Shown piece by piece: positions 61,262 through 64,000 of a DNA stretch of 64,000 nucleotides. The notes under the pieces are model-generated. The model saw only the letters and a program-made list of their open reading frames with translations. It did not search any database and was not told the DNA's origin. Each line of letters opens with the position of its first letter. The stretch's first letter is position 1. A program made the position numbers and the translations under genes. The stretch comes from an uncultured delta proteobacterium (GTDB lineage: Bacteria; Myxococcota_A; Polyangia; Polyangiales; Polyangiaceae). The stretch covers positions 3,616,001 to 3,680,000 of the forward strand of contig CAWDXG010000004.1 in NCBI GenBank assembly GCA_963806225.1, written 5' to 3'.

Positions 61262-62997
61262 GATGCGTAGAGGGCCTCGAGCTGGTCCTTGAAGGCCTCG
61301 TAGATCTTCTTGCGCTTGAGCTTCAGCGTGGTCGTCATGAGCCCGCCCGCCACGGTGAGCGGAGTGTCCATGATGACGAAGCGCTTGACCTGTTCGTAGC
61401 GTGCGAGCTCCGCGTTGACCCGATCGATGCGCTCCTGCACCAGCGCCTGCAGGGCCTTGTTCCGTTCGCCTGGCTCCACGCCGCGCTGCAAAAGCTCCGC
61501 ATCGGCCGCCTCTGGGTCGAGCCATACGCCGGCAACCAGGTACTTCTTGCCGTCGCCGTACACGACCAGATGCGCGATCAGCGGGTCGTCCGCGAAGCGC
61601 AGCTCGATGTTCGCGGGCGGCACGTTCTTGCCGCCGGCCGTCACCAGGATCTCCTTCTTGCGGTCGATGATCTGCAAGAAGCCATCCTCGGTGAAGCGCC
61701 CCACGTCGCCCGTCTTCAGCCAGCCGTCCTCGGTGAAGGCCTCGCGCGTAGCGTCGGCATCCTTGTGATAGCCGCCGAACACGCTCTCGCCACGCGCCAG
61801 GATCTCGCCGTCCTCGGCCAGCTTCAGCTCGACCGACGGCAGGGGCTTGCCCACGGAGTCGAAACGGAATTCGCCGGGGCGATTGAGCGTGAGCGTCGGT
61901 GAGCATTCGCTGAGCCCGTAGCCTTCGATGATCAAGAGCCCCGAGTTGTAGAACAGCTCCTTCACCTCGCGCTTCAGGCCCGCGCCGCCCGACAGACAGA
62001 ACTTGAGCCGCCCGCCGGTGAGTTCGCAAAGCTTCGCCCGCTGCCGGTCGCGGTCGCTCTCCGACAGCGCCTGCATCGCGAGCTTTTCCCAGTAGGCCGG
62101 CACGCTCATGAACACGTTGGGCCTGACGCGCGGCAGTTCCGAAAGCGCGCTCGCCGGATCGGACAGGTACGTGGTGAAGCCCAGCGTGTTGCCCAGGCAG
62201 GCCTCGCCAAAGCCGAAGATGTGGCTCATCGGCAGCCAGAGCAGGTCCACGCCCTGTTCGTCGAGCAGCGGCGCATTGCAACGCAGCCAGTCGCGCCCGT
62301 TGACGCCCACGTTCCGGTGCGTCAGCGGGACGCCCTTGGGGTTGCCGGTCGTGCCGCTGGTGTAGAGCATCATGCCGGGCGCATCGAGCGAGATGGCGCC
62401 GAGCCGCTCGGCGAACTCGCCGGGCTTTTCCGCGTCGCGGGCGGCGCCGAGCGCCTGGACGCGCGACCACGACACGACCTTCTTCTCCACCTCCGCCGCA
62501 CCCGGCAGCTCGCGCCCGTCGGCGCGCAGCCCGGTCAGCACGTTTGCAGCGTCGAGGGCGTCGTCCAGCAGCACGATGCGTTCGACGTTCGCGTAGCGCG
62601 GCCACGCGCTGAAGATCCGCTCGAGCAGCGCGGCCGTATCCACAAACACGAAGCGCGCGTCGCTGTGTTCCACCACGTAGGCCGCCTGCTCCGCCGTGCT
62701 GGCCGGATAGATCGGCACCATCACGCCACCCGCCGCCTGGATGGCCAGCGCCGCGGCCATCCACTCGACGCGGTTCGGAGCGAAGACGGTCGCGCGGTCT
62801 CCCGGCTCTAGCCCCGCCGCCGCCAGGAACAGCGCTGCACGGCGGATGCTGTCGGCGAACGACCCCCACGTCACCGCGCGGTAGTCCCCGTCGCCGGTCG
62901 GCACCATGAAGCGCGGCCGGCTGCGTCGTTCCTCCAGCGCATCGAACACGGCGTGCGGCGCGCTCTTCAGCTCCATATAGGGCGTGATGTCCAACAT
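61258..62997 (-). CDS. Long-chain acyl-CoA ligase (FadD/FadD15-like)
   Basis: [43 protein letters not shown]. Confidence 0.92.
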   Translation of the reverse strand: MLDITPYMELKSAPHAVFDALEERRSRPRFMVPTGDGDYRAVTWGSFADSIRRAALFLAAAGLEPGDRATVFAPNRVEWMAAALAIQAAGGVMVPIYPASTAEQAAYVVEHSDARFVFVDTAALLERIFSAWPRYANVERIVLLDDALDAANVLTGLRADGRELPGAAEVEKKVVSWSRVQALGAARDAEKPGEFAERLGAISLDAPGMMLYTSGTTGNPKGVPLTHRNVGVNGRDWLRCNAPLLDEQGVDLLWLPMSHIFGFGEACLGNTLGFTTYLSDPASALSELPRVRPNVFMSVPAYWEKLAMQALSESDRDRQRAKLCELTGGRLKFCLSGGAGLKREVKELFYNSGLLIIEGYGLSECSPTLTLNRPGEFRFDSVGKPLPSVELKLAEDGEILARGESVFGGYHKDADATREAFTEDGWLKTGDVGRFTEDGFLQIIDRKKEILVTAGGKNVPPANIELRFADDPLIAHLVVYGDGKKYLVAGVWLDPEAADAELLQRGVEPGERNKALQALVQERIDRVNAELARYEQVKRFVIMDTPLTVAGGLMTTTLKLKRKKIYEAFKDQLEALYAS

Positions 62998-63016
62998 GGC
63001 GGTACTCCTCCCCGCT

Positions 63017-63286
63017 TCAGCTCTTCAAGGCTTCGAGCTTTTCGTCCAGATCGTTCAGACGGCTCTCGAGCTGGTTCAACGCGTGCAGAGCCCGCTCCTG
63101 GTCACGCTTCGTGGGCAGACCCAGCCCGCCCCACCAGTTGGCCGCGGCGCGGTCGCCTGCGGTCTTCGCCTTCATCATGGCCGTGAGCCAGGCGCCCGCC
63201 GGCTCGAGCAACAGCGGGCTTTTCAGCCAGTGCTCGAGATACTCCGCCGTCGCGTTCTCCCAGCGGTCGAACCATTTCTTGCTCAT
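63017..63286 (-). CDS. Small PhaE C-terminus-like protein
   Basis: [26 protein letters not shown] resembles the PhaE C-terminal motif; 89 aa; lies upstream of fadD-phaC. Confidence 0.6.
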   Translation of the reverse strand: MSKKWFDRWENATAEYLEHWLKSPLLLEPAGAWLTAMMKAKTAGDRAAANWWGGLGLPTKRDQERALHALNQLESRLNDLDEKLEALKS

Positions 63287-63319
63287 ATCCCAACCGAACA
63301 TTGTCTCTGTCCTTCCGTT

Positions 63320-64000
63320 TCAGGGGTCGATGCCCAGGCGCCGCACCTCGGACGCCGTCGTGAAATCCGCTTTCGTCTCGTTCTGCAGGCTGGTGATGCG
63401 CGCCACCTCCGAGAAACACTCGAAGTAGAACGACACCTGCTCCTCGGTCGTGCTCGTGCCCACCGAGGGCTGGTTCGTCACCTTGGTGCGCACGCGGTGC
63501 ACCTGCGTGAAGGTCAGCTGCGGCAGCTTCAGCTCGCCCGTCGCGTCGTCGCTGACCTCGTAGATGTCCTTGCCGGCATAGGGCAGGCCGTGCAGAGTGC
63601 CGTTCTGGATGGTTCCCGTAGACACGAACTTCTCGCCGGGCGAAAGCGGGAACTTCAAGAGCGACACAGGCTGCTGGTAGACGAGCAGTGTGCGTCCGTC
63701 GGAGGGATCCTTCTTGCTCGAAGCGAGCCCCAGAAGCCGCACGGCCTGGTCGTCCTCGCTCAGGATCTGCTCGATGCTGCCCGCCGCATCGAAAGGCGCG
63801 ACGAACGCGCCCTTGGGGAACGACCCCTCGTACCATTTGCCCGCAATCGCCGTCGGCTCGATGTGGGCGAGCTGGTCGCTGGCGTAGTCGACCGACATGT
63901 CCCAGTAGTGGTTGCCCTTCGAGTCGACCGTCCCCGCCACGTTCACCGCTCTCTCGGTACCCGGCGGCGACACGAGGTACGACAGCGTAACGCCGATCGC
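63320..64000 (-). CDS. Hypothetical protein, 5' end outside window
   Basis: Open frame with strong GC3 bias running to the window edge. Confidence 0.7.
   Translation of the reverse strand, partial: AIGVTLSYLVSPPGTERAVNVAGTVDSKGNHYWDMSVDYASDQLAHIEPTAIAGKWYEGSFPKGAFVAPFDAAGSIEQILSEDDQAVRLLGLASSKKDPSDGRTLLVYQQPVSLLKFPLSPGEKFVSTGTIQNGTLHGLPYAGKDIYEVSDDATGELKLPQLTFTQVHRVRTKVTNQPSVGTSTTEEQVSFYFECFSEVARITSLQNETKADFTTASEVRRLGIDP

Overview
GC-rich bacterial DNA whose gene content points to Myxococcota, probably Polyangiaceae-like: MYXO-CTERM surface proteins, a PEGA + Ser/Thr kinase pair and Cys/Gly-rich lipoproteins. The taxon is inferred, not tested. 0.1-2.7 kb: PEGA/TPR protein and kinase. 2.8-18.4 kb: envelope glycosylation region with two polyprenol-phosphate GT2s, two GT-C/GT39 transferases, a SAM methyltransferase, SDR, Gfo/Idh/MocA, GmhB-like phosphatase, transaldolase, an embedded MpaB/Lcp-like oxygenase and a Thr-nucleophile sulfatase-fold transferase. 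A ~220-nt intergenic rod-like palindrome sits at 8845-9066. 18.5-28 kb: tRNA integration hotspot. tRNA-Arg(TCG) carries a 6.74-kb integrase-less island bounded by a perfect 46-bp direct repeat, and tRNA-Lys(CTT) is followed by arm-like repeats, a PIN toxin-antitoxin pair and an internally deleted IS. 28-60 kb: secreted/surface proteins (four MYXO-CTERM proteins, including two predicted peptidoglycan hydrolases) plus housekeeping genes such as tkt. 60-64 kb: compact mini-PhaE-like / acyl-CoA ligase / class III-type PhaC module. Several genes carry single-base indels that look like long-read errors. All product calls come from motif recognition only; no searches were run.
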